Source: Craspedostauros australis (Eukaryota). Taken from it: a stretch of DNA of 36,700 bases. Location: contig JALAGF010000475.1 of the NCBI GenBank assembly GCA_030167865.1, positions 1 to 36,700 of the forward strand, in the 5' to 3' direction. This document shows positions 21,438 through 34,391 of the stretch, in pieces. The position numbers were made by a program, and so were the translations under genes. A model generated the notes under the pieces. That model was given only the letters and a program-made list of their open reading frames with translations. It searched no databases and was not told the origin of the DNA. Within the stretch, counting starts at the first letter, position 1, and the number at the start of each line of letters is the position of its first letter.

Positions 21438-21610
21438 GTTGCTGTTGCTGCTATTGTTGTTACTATTGATGCTGTTGGAATATGTGGATTTTTTGTGTGT
21501 GATTTTGTGTGTGTTTTGCACGAGTATGACTGTTGCTGTTGCTGTTGCTGTTGAATGCGTGCTGATACGCTCGCCGTTGCTTTCTCTCTCTCTCTCTCTC
21601 CTCGTCTCTT
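21438..21610. repeat. Simple repeats upstream of RPB1: GTTGCT-type tracts and a (CT)n microsatellite
   Basis: gttgctgttgctg tracts near 21438-21475 and 21530-21552; (CT)n at about 21583-21601. Confidence 0.7.
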
Positions 21611-22107
21611 GCCTCTGTGTTGCTGTTATGGTTGTGGCTCTCTCGACTGACTCTCTGATGTTTGACTTTGACTCTCCTCTCTTCACCTGGGATGTCTGGA
21701 AAATGAGGATGTTGGTGTTGGTCACCGTTTCCGCATGAGCGTTCCCACGTTTCCGCTCTCGTCGTCTTCGTCGCAGCCACACACCATTGTCGCAGTCGTT
21801 CTCGCTGTGTCTGTGTTTGTGATGGCGAAATCTAAGTGGTCAACTGAGTCGAAAACACAATCGTGCGACCAATCGTGCACATTCAAAGTGTCCATGTCTG
21901 TCCTTCGTCAGTTTGTACATATCATGCGACCGCAGAGCGTGAATAGCATCTACTTGTACGGCTACAACTACTCCACTGGCGAAGTTGTAAGAGTAGAATC
22001 ATGAATGAAGCACATGATCGTGCACTCGAGATAAGAATGACCTCATCGTGTTCTCTCTCTCTCTTGCAAGTATTATATACGATATAATAATATGCATCAC
22101 GCTAGAA

Positions 22108-23727
22108 TCACTCCGCATCTTCTGGAGTCCAAAACCAGAGAGTGCTGTGGATGCCATCCCTTCCCTTCCAGGCTGGATGCATGTGTTCCGAATCGTCCAA
22201 GTCCTTCGCCATTTGTTCGTACCGTGCCGACTCGTTCTCACGTTTCTCCCAATCCTTGTACAGCCGGGATAGTCCCAAGTAGGCATCCTTCCATTCCAAC
22301 AGCTGCAACGAGTGCTGTTGCTGCTTCCGCTCCTGCTGCTTCTTGATCTTATCTAACGCCGATTGCAACAATCCTTCTGCTGTGACGGCCTGCCCGCCTT
22401 GATGACAACACGCGGCGACGATACAGAGCGTGCGGATCAGTCCCAGCGAGGCGTAGTTGTGCGGATCGGCCGCGGATCCATCGGCTTCCGTGGCAACGGC
22501 AACGAAGGCATCGTAATTGGACAATGCCTGCTTGGCGTATTCGGACGCCTTGGCCAGCCGGTCCTTGCGATCTTCGTAATTGAGGACGCCCCATGCAATG
22601 TTGGTCTGCAGCGTGGCCAGCACGAACTGCGTCATGCGTGGCGGATGCGGGACATCGAGCTGCGATTTCATCTTTTGCGCGCTTCGGAACCACAGACGCA
22701 ACGCGGCATCGATGGGCACGTCGACGTCGTTGTGCTGTTGCACGAAGATGGCGTATCCCGCCTCGGCAACACCGGCGTTATTCTGCGCGATGGCCTCGGC
22801 CAGAATCGAGGAGGATGACGCATGGCGCTGCAAGAAACGTGCGGTGACGGCGAAGAAATCGCGCACGCTGTACGCATCCTGCATCGAGGACATGGCGGCG
22901 AATCGGCACAGGGCCTTGCCGGAGATGGCCGACGCCAGCTGCAGGTTGGTGGCGGTCTGGCTGGAGAAGGAATCCGTGACGTCGTCGTACTCGGATTGTA
23001 TGAAATCGGAGCACAGCTGCTCTGCAAGTTCCAGATCGCCGTTGTACCACGACGCCTTGGCCAGCGCCATCGTGATGTCATTGAGAAGCAGGGCGGGCGA
23101 TGTCGCCTGGCTGTTGGCCTGGAGCTCCCGCAGCGTCTCCAGAGCGGATGCGTGCTGGCCGTTGCGCTGGTACCATTCCGCGAGAATGGCGAGCATCGCC
23201 TTGTGCTCCGCGCCTCCCTTTTGGTACGCCGCAAAGATGTCCATCGCTCGCAGCAGCCCATCCGTCGTGGAGGTGAACGATAATGGTGTTGCATCGGACG
23301 CAGCTGATATCAACTGTGGGTTTTGCAGTTGAGCGATCTCAGGAAGTGAGGTGAGGTTCGTCAGCACGGTCGATGGTTGCTCGTAGACGAACGTCTTCAT
23401 CAAACCCAGACCTGAACGTGAGGTGGGGAACAGCCGTCCGTTGGGAGGAGGTGTCGCCGATGACTGCACGCGTCGGCATTGGTACTTTCCGTGCCGTTGC
23501 CTCCGATGTTGCTGCTGCTGTGGGTGGCCATCATGCGTTGCGGTGCCTGAAGCTCCCATCAGCACGGAAGCTGCTCTTCTCTGAAATCTTGCGGCAAGCC
23601 ATGGCGCACCAACGAGTCGAGCACTCCTTGACACGGCAGGAATGGATGAGATTGCCATCATCATTGTCACTTGTTGTGCAGAGAAGAACACAGAGTAGAG
23701 TCCAGCACGGGTGACGGAGCTCTCCAT
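22108..23727 (-). CDS. Hypothetical alpha-helical/TPR-like protein, possibly mitochondrial (ATG at 23727 or 23664)
   Basis: Long ORF with strong GC3 bias. The N-terminus from ATG 23664 (MMMAISSIPAVSRSARLVGAPWLAARFQRRAA) is R/S/A-rich and free of acidic residues. TPR-like helices ALAKASWYNGDLELAEQL and GQAVTAEGLLQSAL. Confidence 0.75.
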   Translation of the reverse strand: MESSVTRAGLYSVFFSAQQVTMMMAISSIPAVSRSARLVGAPWLAARFQRRAASVLMGASGTATHDGHPQQQQHRRQRHGKYQCRRVQSSATPPPNGRLFPTSRSGLGLMKTFVYEQPSTVLTNLTSLPEIAQLQNPQLISAASDATPLSFTSTTDGLLRAMDIFAAYQKGGAEHKAMLAILAEWYQRNGQHASALETLRELQANSQATSPALLLNDITMALAKASWYNGDLELAEQLCSDFIQSEYDDVTDSFSSQTATNLQLASAISGKALCRFAAMSSMQDAYSVRDFFAVTARFLQRHASSSSILAEAIAQNNAGVAEAGYAIFVQQHNDVDVPIDAALRLWFRSAQKMKSQLDVPHPPRMTQFVLATLQTNIAWGVLNYEDRKDRLAKASEYAKQALSNYDAFVAVATEADGSAADPHNYASLGLIRTLCIVAACCHQGGQAVTAEGLLQSALDKIKKQQERKQQQHSLQLLEWKDAYLGLSRLYKDWEKRENESARYEQMAKDLDDSEHMHPAWKGRDGIHSTLWFWTPEDAE

Positions 23728-24385
23728 GAGGATCTTCTCTCTGTTGATGTCATCTGTCGTGGTTGTTGGTGGTTGTGTTGTGTGTTTGTGCAACCTTCTT
23801 TGTTGTTCTTCGATTTGCCTTTAGTCACGGACACTTCTCATTCCCGACCATCAATCATCTTTCGTAATCACGAATGAGCATTCCCGAGTGGCTCGAAACA
23901 AAAGAGTTGAATTTCCGAAACACTCAGCACAACTTCAGATTTTTCGCCTGTTCGGAGTGTGTTGTGGAGAAGATCTCCGCGTTGGAGGCAAAGATGGGGC
24001 AACACAACCACCACCACAAAACATTGTCGACATCAACGGCAGCGAAGCGACGCGTCCTTGTCCTTCCTGTTGTTGGTTGTTGGTTGCGCCAACGACACTC
24101 GTGGCAACGAAAATCAGCAGCGGGGCTGAGGAGAGGAGAGAGTGAACGTGCTGTATTGGGTTCCAGCCATTGCCATTCCAGCCGACACAAGTTGCATCAA
24201 CACAAGTTTGACTCAGATCGAGTGTCGAAGTCGGAGCCCTCCATTTGGATTTCTCCGTCAGCAGCAGTCCAGACAAGAGTCGAGACACGCTGGGTGGACC
24301 AGCGGATTGTCACGAATCCATCGCTATCAGCGCATCCTCGAGATCGTTAAAAAAACACCTGATTGCACGTTGATTGTCAGCGACC

Positions 24386-27300
24386 ATGCCGGACGCAACA
24401 GATGCGACGGCCGGCTCTCCTCAAAGCAAGGATACACGCGATGAAGATGATGGCATGGAGGTGGACCAGGCCGACCAAGCGAACGACGCGGGACGCCACA
24501 CCAGACTCGACCAATCAGCCGCGGGCAATCAACTGACAAGCATGGACGTGGACGGCCACGATGGCGGCGCTGAGGCAACCAAGCAGCTTCCAAAGCACCG
24601 TGCGACAACTGCAAGTCCCACAGCCGATCGACTGGCACAACTGCCGAAACCCAGACACAGGAGAAAGAACCCGGTGCGGATCAGGAATACGTTCGGTGTC
24701 CATTCTTCCCGTGTTTCTGTAGGAGACAAGTCACTCTACGAGAAAGATCAACCGGAATGGGAGCTGGAGGAGGAGTACAAGAAACCCATCGACGCTGCTT
24801 CCAAGGCGCCGCGAACCGCCACTAACCAGAGCCCAAGGGGGAATGACAGTGACCAGAAGCAACAGTCACAGGCACAGCAAAAGCAGTCGCCAACCAGCAA
24901 AGCTGACAAAAGAGCCAGCAACAGCGACAACAACAACGGTGGCCAAGCCAGCGCAAAGACATCAAAGGCAGATGATGGAACGGCAACGTCGAGAGTGGTC
25001 GCAGAGACCATTGATATGACCACCAGATCAGCCGAGGAACCAACGATGGCAATGGCGGCGGGGGTGACGGTCTCTGGACCGACCACACGCAGAACGACAC
25101 ATCCGGGCAACAATTGCGGCAAGAACGGCAGACGTCACACGGCGAAGGCGATCAAAGCGAGGGAGGCGGCCATGGCCACGCCAGGGATGAAACAGCTGGA
25201 CAAGCTCATCGAGTTGGCCCATTTGGAGGTCCATCAGGATACCTACAGAGGAGTCCTCGATGAGATGGAAGCATCCAAGCGATCCCGCGCCGCAGATCAA
25301 AATAGCGGCAACAATGGAAGAAACCATGCCATGGGCAGTGCTCATCACGTCCCATGGAAAGACTGTCGTTGGGGGAGCGCGCCATTCCCACCGGATAACG
25401 ATTGGGAGCATCCAGCTGTGCCTTTCAAATTCGACTGGGATTCCGACAGAATGTACATGGCGAAGTACTTGGCGCAAAGCGCTTGCCCGTGCATCGAACT
25501 ATGGACAAAGGCATGCAAACAACCGGCCGACAAGAAGCGCAAACGCAAAACCTCCTCCGATGATCCGCAGGCCATCCATATCCCATTCTGTTTCACTGGT
25601 CGGCCAGACGAATCGGACTACAGATGCGTCTGCGATTCCAACCCGTTCTGTCTGGCTTCTCTCGGCGGTGTCATGAACAACATCATTCAGGAACGTTTTC
25701 GGCAAATCACACAAACGAAGCGCGCCGACAAGGAGATCATTTCCATCGACAACATTGAGTCAGCGCAACCAACGACGATGCCCATGGCAACTGATTCCGA
25801 GGCAAGCGTCGAAAACGTCATTCCGGAGGCCGTCCCTTGCACGCCCATCGATTCAAGTCCTTCCAGCAAGAGCAAAAAGTGTGTTGATGCGGTGGCAACA
25901 ATCGTATCATCTCCAGACAAAACCGCCGGTGCAACCATCACGGGCACAACCACCACGTCGAAGTTGCGCCATCCCGATGAGTGTCCTGACTGGTTGAATC
26001 CCTACCCGCCCCCTTTGAAGACCGCGAGGCCCCATCACAGCAAGAAGCAAAGCGGTGCCATGCAAGCAAAACCAGAAGCGATCTTCTTCCGCGACAACAT
26101 CCCATTGGTGAAGACAGACCACGCAGGCTACTCGGAGACGACGCGACAGCAGTTGGACGCCACGAGGCGAACCCTGCTCGTACGGACACCGCAGCTGCGT
26201 TCGTACATCTACAACGTGCTGCACGTGCCGCACACTCAGGAGCTATCCTCGCAGAGCAACGGCCTGACGATTAGCGAGTACGTGAAGAAGGTGACCCGGT
26301 GGCACGAATCGTTGCTTCACCCCGACCTTGACATTCGGCTGGTCCGGGAAATCAGCAACGGTGGTCTCCGAGGCGACCTCGACGATCCGGAACACGGCGC
26401 CGATGGTAACAGTGCCAAAGACACCGAAAGCACCTGCACGCGACTATCGGTGCCACCAGGAATCCAAAATCTGGGCGCCACCTGTTATCTGAATACGCAA
26501 TTGCAATGCCTTGCCCAAAATCCAGCATTCCTGGAAGGTGTGTTCACGTGGAGACCACCAGCGCCGTTACCAAGCGTCGCGTCCGCGTCCGTCTCTGCCA
26601 ACGAACAGCAGCCAGTTCAGATCGACCCAATGATTCGCGTACTAGTTGAGCTGCAGAAGCTATTGGCGCAACTGGTGCATGGCGGATCCGAAACGCAATC
26701 GACGCTGCAATTCTCCAATGCTTTGGGGCTTGAGCATGGTGCGCAGCAAGATCCCAACGAATTCGCCCGTCTGTTGTTCGAACGCATGGAACACTCCTTC
26801 CGAGAATGTGGTCGCAAGGCAACGACGGCGGCGGCGGACAGCGAAACAAATGACGATGGCAGCGATCGACCAGATCTTGGAGATCTGTTGAAAAACATCT
26901 TTGAGGGCACAACGACGTACGAAACCATGTGTCTCAAATGCAAGACTAAATCGGAACGCAGCGAAAGCTTCATGGATCTCAACATACCGATCGAAAAGCG
27001 CAAAGCATCGTCGGGCAAAGGCAACGGTGTCCTGGGCAGCATCGGCAACAAGGTCAAGACGGCAGCGGCTGACATCCGCAACTACATGACCAACACGAAG
27101 AAGAAGGAAGACAAGTTCGATACTGATCTGCAATTCTGCTTCAATCAAACATTCCAGGTCGAGACCTTTGATGGAGACAACCAATATCACTGCGGGAAAT
27201 GCGACAGCAAGCAGGACGCCCACCGACGTGTCAAACTGACCAAGCTACCATCGGTGCTGAACATCCAGCTGTCGCGATACATCTTCGACCGGGTGACATT

Positions 27301-30300
27301 CGCCAAGAAGAAGGTGTCTGACAAGGTCCTGCTACCAGTCCAATTGAAGGTACCGTATGTGGATGGCGAAGAACGCGAATACTTGCTCTGTGCCGTTATG
27401 CGACATCAAGGCAGTTCCGCCTACAGCGGTCATTACGTCGCCGAGGCCATGGATTGGTGTACGGGTCGGTGGTTCGAATTCAATGATGCGATTGTCAAAT
27501 ACCTCCCACACGGACCATCCTGCTCATACTACTCCGATCAAGAAGACCATTCGGCCCTAGAAGGCAGTCAGGATGCCTACAATATGTACTACGTGGACAA
27601 GCTCTTTTTGGCGAATCAAGCAAGTCGACTGGTCCTGCGGCGGGACAAGCTGGTACATCTTTGCAAACAAGAATCGCCGGTAGAATCGCCCACGACGGAG
27701 ACTGACAACGGCAGCAGCGTGTTGGTGAATGTCGTCAAGCAGCGGACGCAGCAGTACAAACTGTTGGCGGAGTGAGTGATCGTGTTCTGTGGCGACGCAA
27801 ACATGTCCGTCGCCGCTTGATTGATGCGTGCGGAAACAGTTCTGAGTGTTGGCACGTGCTGGTTGTTGCTTGCTTGCTGCAGAGTAGCATTCGCTGACTC
27901 CTATTGGTACAATATCGTTGATCGTCTTCGCATGCATCGGCTCTATCATCCCGCTCACAAACAAAGATTGCCCGCTTGACTTTGCTCTCCCTCATCAATG
28001 CATTTACAATGCCGCCCTGCGCACAAACACCCCCTCTCTCTCCAGTCTTTGGTGCCACGATAACCGCAGGAACAACCGCCTGAGGCGGCGAGAGACTGGG
28101 ATTCGGATGCATATATTCCCAGGACCCGAATCCTTTCTCGATCCATCACTGACCACGCAACAACGACAGCAACAGCAATCCAATACAACGTCGTACGTGT
28201 GGATCAGCTCTGAATTCCTGCGTGAATATTGCATGTTCGAGGCGTCCGTCGATGCCAAAATCCGAGACCAAGGCGTTGTGATCCGTCATTCGCCGTTCAT
28301 GTGCACGCATGGAAGGCTTTCGCCTCGAACGGCTCGTCGGGGCAAGCTGATAACCCGTGAGCAATTCGATGCGTTGGTGTCGTTGTTGCAAGGCGAACGG
28401 GCATCCATCCGAGATCTCGATGAACATGACATCCACAAAAGTGAACCAGTCATCGACTACGTCATCTCCAATCCCAAGCAACTGGAGTGCGCAGCATGCG
28501 TGGCGTCGTACCAATTCGAGCTGTCGCGGCGCATGAAATTGACGCAAAGATTGAAGGCCGCCTACCTGGAGTTGGAGCCCACCATCTCCCAGTGTGATTT
28601 GGACTACGATGATGCGAATGCACCTCAAACGAAGGAAGAGGAGTTCGCATACGTGGTGCACAAGAAGACTGTCACGAAGTTGCGCAAGCTCATCACCGTA
28701 TTCCTCAAGAGCCTTGTGAATGTATCGGAAACCAAGGTCATACGGAACCACACCAATGACAGGCACGCTCCGGAAGCGACATGTGAGGGTCTCGACGCTC
28801 TGGACGTGTCGATGTTTGATTTCGGTCAAGCGAATTCCAGCAGCATTGACAAAATCAAAGATCACGATGGTGGCAACGGGAACCACAATAATGCAGCAAC
28901 TGGTGGACTGGACATACCAACCTTGGATGAGACATCAGATGAGATCGATATCTACGTCAACCGGGCAATCACCTGTGAGTTCATGTGAAGATACGTATGC
29001 ATGGCGTCTTCCTTGTGAAGGCCGATCTCCATCCAAGTTCGATCACCCTTGTGCAGTCCACGCCGTGTTCGCTTACTCTCTGCTGCTGTGACGCACTTGG
29101 GTCATGCGTATGTTGTTGTGTGGCACGCCACAATGTCTTCTGCCATGGCTTCGTGACTTTTTTTCTTTTGTCGCATTCATTTCTCCGCGCCTTACCAACA
29201 TTGACTTCCGCACTTCCTTCCTTCCCGCCTTCCTTCGAAACAATGGCGCCAACCATGAACGCTATTATCATGAGCAGGCAAGCATGGTAACCTGGGAACA
29301 TGCAACAAGAACAAAGTGCGATACTTGACGTGTCAAGCATGGCGGACGGTGGCTGCTCTCTTCCCGAATGCTATTGAACATAAGTTGCGGCGGCGCAATG
29401 TCGACGCCACCGAGTATATTGAAGAACCGGCTGGGTGCTTGGAGTGCCAAGCTGAGGCCACGAAACATGGGAACATGACTATTGACATCGAGGAGTGGGC
29501 GCTGGGGGTGAAGAGAAATCCCTTGTTGAGGGCCTTGCATGTTGGACACTCATCAGAATTTCATGAAAACCTCGTTCTGAAGGGAGCCAACAACGACACA
29601 TTTCATCTCGTCCATGCAACGGACATCATGCATTGGCGCAACGCAGTGAACAAGCTGGCGAAAGTAGGCAAGCTTCGTGCAGTCGGGACTGGCGGTCTAC
29701 GTTCAAAAGTGGAAGAGCTGATGTTTCCAAACTCTCACCGCACGACGTTGGACTTCGAACGAGGACCGGCTGATCGTCTCATTTCAAGCCTTCATTCGTT
29801 GCTGTGCGCAACGCACAAGCAGTGCATTCAAGCCGCCATATTCGCACAAAATGAAAACAAGGAAGAGGAATCGATGATGCGGAAGCTATCTCCTCATGTG
29901 TTGGTTCTCCCGCGCGACAACTACATGAAGTACATCAGATCGCTGGTCGATCTACTGAAGATTATTCACGGGCCTGCCGATTTATCATCTTCCCTTCCCG
30001 CTTCAGATCGTCCTTCAAGCACGAAGCTGGACTACTACGATGCGATCCTCGAGAATGTCCAACGGCTTCACCCCAAGCTTTCATTGGCTGATTCCGTGGA
30101 TGATTCATACTGCTTCACGGTCGACAAGCACGAGAGGATGTGTCATTTGCTCCCGACAACTTGCTGTGACAAGGTCTGCTACGCCGAGTTCATTCCTCAT
30201 GTGGGAGTGGGACCGAGCACTGCTGCTTCTGGCGCGAATGGGTCCAAGGCATCTGATCCCATCGTGGTCGAATTGGACACATTTGATGTGAATATACCCG

Positions 30301-31610
30301 CGATCACTGATGGGTCATTTTCCTTGCGAGTGTTCCACATTGACGAAAACAAGACTATGCAGGCTGCCATCACATCTCTCGAGGGCGTGCTTGGCCAAGT
30401 GGCGCCATCGCAGGACAGCGAGGGGACCGAACAACCAAAAACCGTCCGCAGATCCACCCGAAAGCGAAAGTCGCCAAGCCCTGGCGGGGTGATCCTGAAC
30501 GAATCATCGACACGCATCCATCTGGATCACAATGTCGCAGCGCTTCGACTTCGACTGTATGAAGCGTGTGAAATACAACTCACAGGTGTGCGTCTCATCG
30601 TCATCATCAGCAATCTCCCCAGTCTGCTATCGAAGACAATCCACCTTGATAATTCGAAGACAGGTGTCGAGCTGCGGACGCTGATCGCTGAAGTTGGGCT
30701 GGATGCCACAGATGAATCGATGGTGATATCCGATCCCGAAAGTCATATCTTCCTTTTTCGCCAAGCAGAGAAGCCGTCAGGCAAGAAGAAGGGTGACAGC
30801 AACTCCAGCGATTCCGCCGAGGTGTGGAGTGCGTTGTTGACGGCCTCGAATATGGACACAGTTGATGGCATCAGAGCCAACGACGACAGGGGCAGCGGCG
30901 CCAAGAAGAGGCGAAACAAGAGATCTGGCGAGCGCGGCTTCCAAGGCACCCTGTTGTCATCATCCATACCATCGGCAGCACCTGCGTCGGCACCGGCATC
31001 AGCATCAGCATCGGCACCGGAGCAGCCAAAGGAGAGTGCACAAGCAGATTCGCCAAAAACGGATGCGTCTGTGCCGCAACCGACGAACAATCCAGCGCGC
31101 GTTGTATCTATGAGCCATGCTCCCAGATTGCACGGCGTGGATGCGGTGGTCGAAATAGAGACAGAATCTCACCAGAAGGAGGACACGATGCAGGCCATGG
31201 TCATTGCGGATGATGACGCCAGTCCCAGCAAGGTGGAAGCGATCGCCACTCTCACCGAATACGACGAAAATGACGAACTGCCGCCGCCAGTTTTCCAATC
31301 CAGAGCAAAACGGGATCGATCAACGCAATGCCATGCCGTAGTTGTGGATGACGACAACGATGATGACGATGGCAGCGCAAAGTCGCAACAAGCCGTGCAA
31401 GTCGAAGACGACGTTGTCGGCAATGCTCCCAAGCGCGAGGCGAACAAGCTGGTGCTTGCGTTATCGGAGAAGCTGGCCGAATTGATCGGGGATGATGCGG
31501 ACAAGAGGAAGTGCTTCAGCGCAGCCCTGTGGGCACACAGCAGCGATAAAAGCAAGGAGAACGTGATGGAGCTTGTGGGTGCGGCCTTTGACCGATACAA
31601 GGAGTGCTAG
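24386..31610 (+). CDS. USP48: Ubiquitin carboxyl-terminal hydrolase of the USP48/plant UBP26 family; 3 exons (24386-27771, 28046-28974, 29278-31610), ~2215 aa
   Basis: Cys box GIQNLGATCYLN, QQDPNEF, His box HQGSSAYSGHY, FND, N-terminal NPFCL motif, DUSP-like CxHG motifs (CTHG; ITC|KHG restored across intron 2) and C-terminal ERGFQGTLL. GTGAGT donors at 27772 and 28975 and CAG acceptors at 28045 and 29277 keep the frame. Confidence 0.88.
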
Positions 31611-31870
31611 TGCTGAGGGAGATTTTCGTGTAAAGTGGGAGTATTTTTGATTTGGCTTACGAATACGAGTGCGTATCTACCAATGTCCCTCCTGGTGCCT
31701 ACCGTCATGTATTATACTTGATTCTAATTGAGTCCAACCATTGCGCCATTTGGTTGCGCTGGATCAAGGTTGGATGCTCGACTCGTGGTTGTGTTGCTCT
31801 CAGTGTTATCACGATCCCCGTTGATACATTCTCGCTGAAGAACTTTTCCTTGGCTCGCTGCCAGGGCTTG

Positions 31871-32090
31871 TCAACGCGACGATGCGTCGGCCTGCTGCCT
31901 GCGAGAGAGATGGCCATTGATGGCATTCATCAGCGGGACCATGTGGTGCAGATTGATTTGATCGATCTCTGCGGAATGAAGCGACGACGCCAATGCGGCG
32001 AGATGATGCTGAATGCCGGCAGTACCTTCGAGCGCGAGGATGGTGTTGATGCATTGTCGGTCGTGGCAAGCTGGATCCGCCGTGGTGGTG

Positions 32091-32121
<31 letters not shown>

Positions 32122-33325
32122 CGGGTGTACCGTTTCGTGCTTGAGCGACCGTTGTCGGTCGTGGCTGCTGTGGCAGTGAAGGGGAAGCATGAACGCGGCT
32201 GCCATCCATGGCATTCTCGGAGGCGAGCTGTACAGGTGTGGGTGGCGCCGCCTCGATGTGTTGACGAGAGCCACCTCGGACGTCGAGAGGAGATGTTGGC
32301 TCTCTGGGGGACGCGGTCGCTGCCCCGGAGGATTGAGACGGCGAAAGCCTCGTAGAGTTGCTCCTGTGTCCACGATCGGTGCTAACGGGGGAGCCTTGTG
32401 CATCTTCACGAACTCGTCGCGACTTGAGATGTGGCATGCTTGGAGTCTCACCGCCTTGTTGCGGCACCTGATCTCCTTTGCGCTTGAGGCGCACCCGAAC
32501 AGATCTCGGACGATCGGCAGGCGGTGTCTCGATCGTTCCCAAGTATTCCACCTCGCCGTCCGATTCGCTTGTTGATGCCAACGTAGATGGTGCGGTTACG
32601 TTCGTGGCAGTGGTGGGCGTTGTACTTGTGCTGTCTAACGTCGTGGTGGAGCATGGTTTTTTGACAATGAAAGATACTCTTGCCCGGATCAAGAAGGTGG
32701 ATGGGATCATGTGCGGGATGTCCACCGCGTACCGACCAGGTCGGCCCTCGACCATGGGGACGTCTATCGGGAATTGAGGCACTTTCCCGACAAAGTTGGT
32801 CCTGGCGACCTGGTCGTAATGAGGGATGGCTTGCAGCGCTCGCCTTTCTCGAGCATCAGTTTCCTGAAGTGGCCGTCCTGTTCCACGGATTTGCCGCGCG
32901 ATTTGTGCCCTTTGGATGATGTGGCTGATGCGATCGCTCGCGACGCTGAAGAGCGGATAAGGAGTGATATCAGACGGAAGATGAGTGAAGTTGGTGGGAG
33001 TTCCGAACCAAAATCGGTCTTGAGGCCTGATATCCCTGGCATCTGCGATCATGACGCTGATCACATTTTGGAACTCCAAGTTGGTGGCATGGTACTCTTC
33101 CGTTGTGATGGGGTAGCATAGGCTCTTGTCCACCACTTGGGTGGTCCCCACCACGCTGGGTCTCTTCTCGCAGTAAGCGATGTACAAGTAGACCAAGCGC
33201 TCCCTGTGTGCATAGACCATGCCTCTGCACACCTCGTGGTCCTCCCGCTTCGGAATGATGACATGGCTTCCCCACGCCGGAGAGTGGTTTTCAGTGAAAA
33301 ACGGTCGGTGTTCAAGTCTCGCCAT
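31871..33325 (-). CDS. Hypothetical protein, tandem paralogue A (~484 aa)
   Basis: The ATG at 33325 (CACC-ATG-GCG) aligns with the start of paralogue B. Shared N-terminal domain (HRPFFTE, EYHATNLEFQNVISVMIADARD, SDRISHII) and near-identical C-terminus. Confidence 0.8.
32083..32120. repeat. (GGT)n(AGT)n trinucleotide repeat encoding poly-Thr in paralogue A
   Basis: gtggtggtggtggtggtggtagtagtagtagtagtagta; paralogue B has only three Thr at this position. Confidence 0.8.
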
Positions 33326-34391
33326 GGTGTCTTGGTGGAATGAGTAGTTGTACCGATGCCGGCCCCGATCCTGATCTTGGTATTGATGGAAGCTGGGGAA
33401 TGTCCAATTACGATCTATGCGTATCCGCAGAATGCGATCACGATGGTTGGCCACTCGTGAGAATTGTTGGGCGCGACCATGGCTCGTATCGTGCGACCAT
33501 AGTTCGAAACGTGCAACATGGCAACAGCGCCGCTAGGGTGAATCCTTTGTTGTGGTTGTTCGCACGCATGGTCTTTGTGGCGGCTCTCTTTCCTTGCTCG
33601 TCGCAGATCGTACGATCTTGTGTGGTGCCCCCTCTCTGGGCGGAGAGCGTCTTGCGCGTCTTCATGGAGCACGATCTTCGAGCTATCCTTCCTTTGCATG
33701 GGGTTTGTGCGCTTGCTGCGAAACCGAGTCGCTCTGTGGTCATGGGACGGATTCTCTCCCTCTCAATTCTTCGCCTGATGTGCACGCACACGAATAGCAC
33801 AGAGCAGATCTTGCCAATAGTCGTACTCACGCTCTCTCTGCCGATGCAGGGGGAGTGATTTGTTGCCACGAGTACGCTTACGAGCGTGGAGCTCTCGGAT
33901 CCCTCCAATTTCGCTTCAATGACAATGACAGCGTCACCTATGACCTATGGCCATCCACTTCGTCTTGTCTTCGCCATCTAACAACTGCTATGGTGGAAAT
34001 CCGCAGCGCCTTGACACGTTCGCCATGCGTACCATACATAGAACATGAGACCGTCAAAATCCAATGGCCAAGGACCCAAATCGCTGCTTCCACTGGGGCA
34101 GATGGTTGCCACTCAAGACGTGGGTTGAATGGGCACTTTGTGTTTCATGCTGTCGGTTATGGAAGAGGCGAGTGTTTGACGTTTTGGTTGATCTGCTCTA
34201 TCAATGTCTCTTTTGGTGCCTACTGTCATGTATTATACTTGATTCTAATTGAGTCCAATCCTTGCGCCATTTGGTTGCGCTGGATCAAGGTTGGATACTC
34301 GACTCCTGGTTGTGTTGCTCTCAGCGTTATCACGATCCTCATTGATGTAATCTTGCTGAAGAACTTTTTCTTCGCTCACTGCCAGGCCTTG

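Noticed and set aside
27918-31610. ORFs 27918-28988 and 29316-31610 as separate genes
   Set aside because: They join the USP ORF through canonical in-frame introns and restore a CxHG motif.
31652-32179. Plus-strand ORFs shared by the duplicated tails (also 33855-34400)
   Set aside because: Antisense to the paralogues, non-ATG starts, interrupted by a stop in the second copy, and no synonymous bias.
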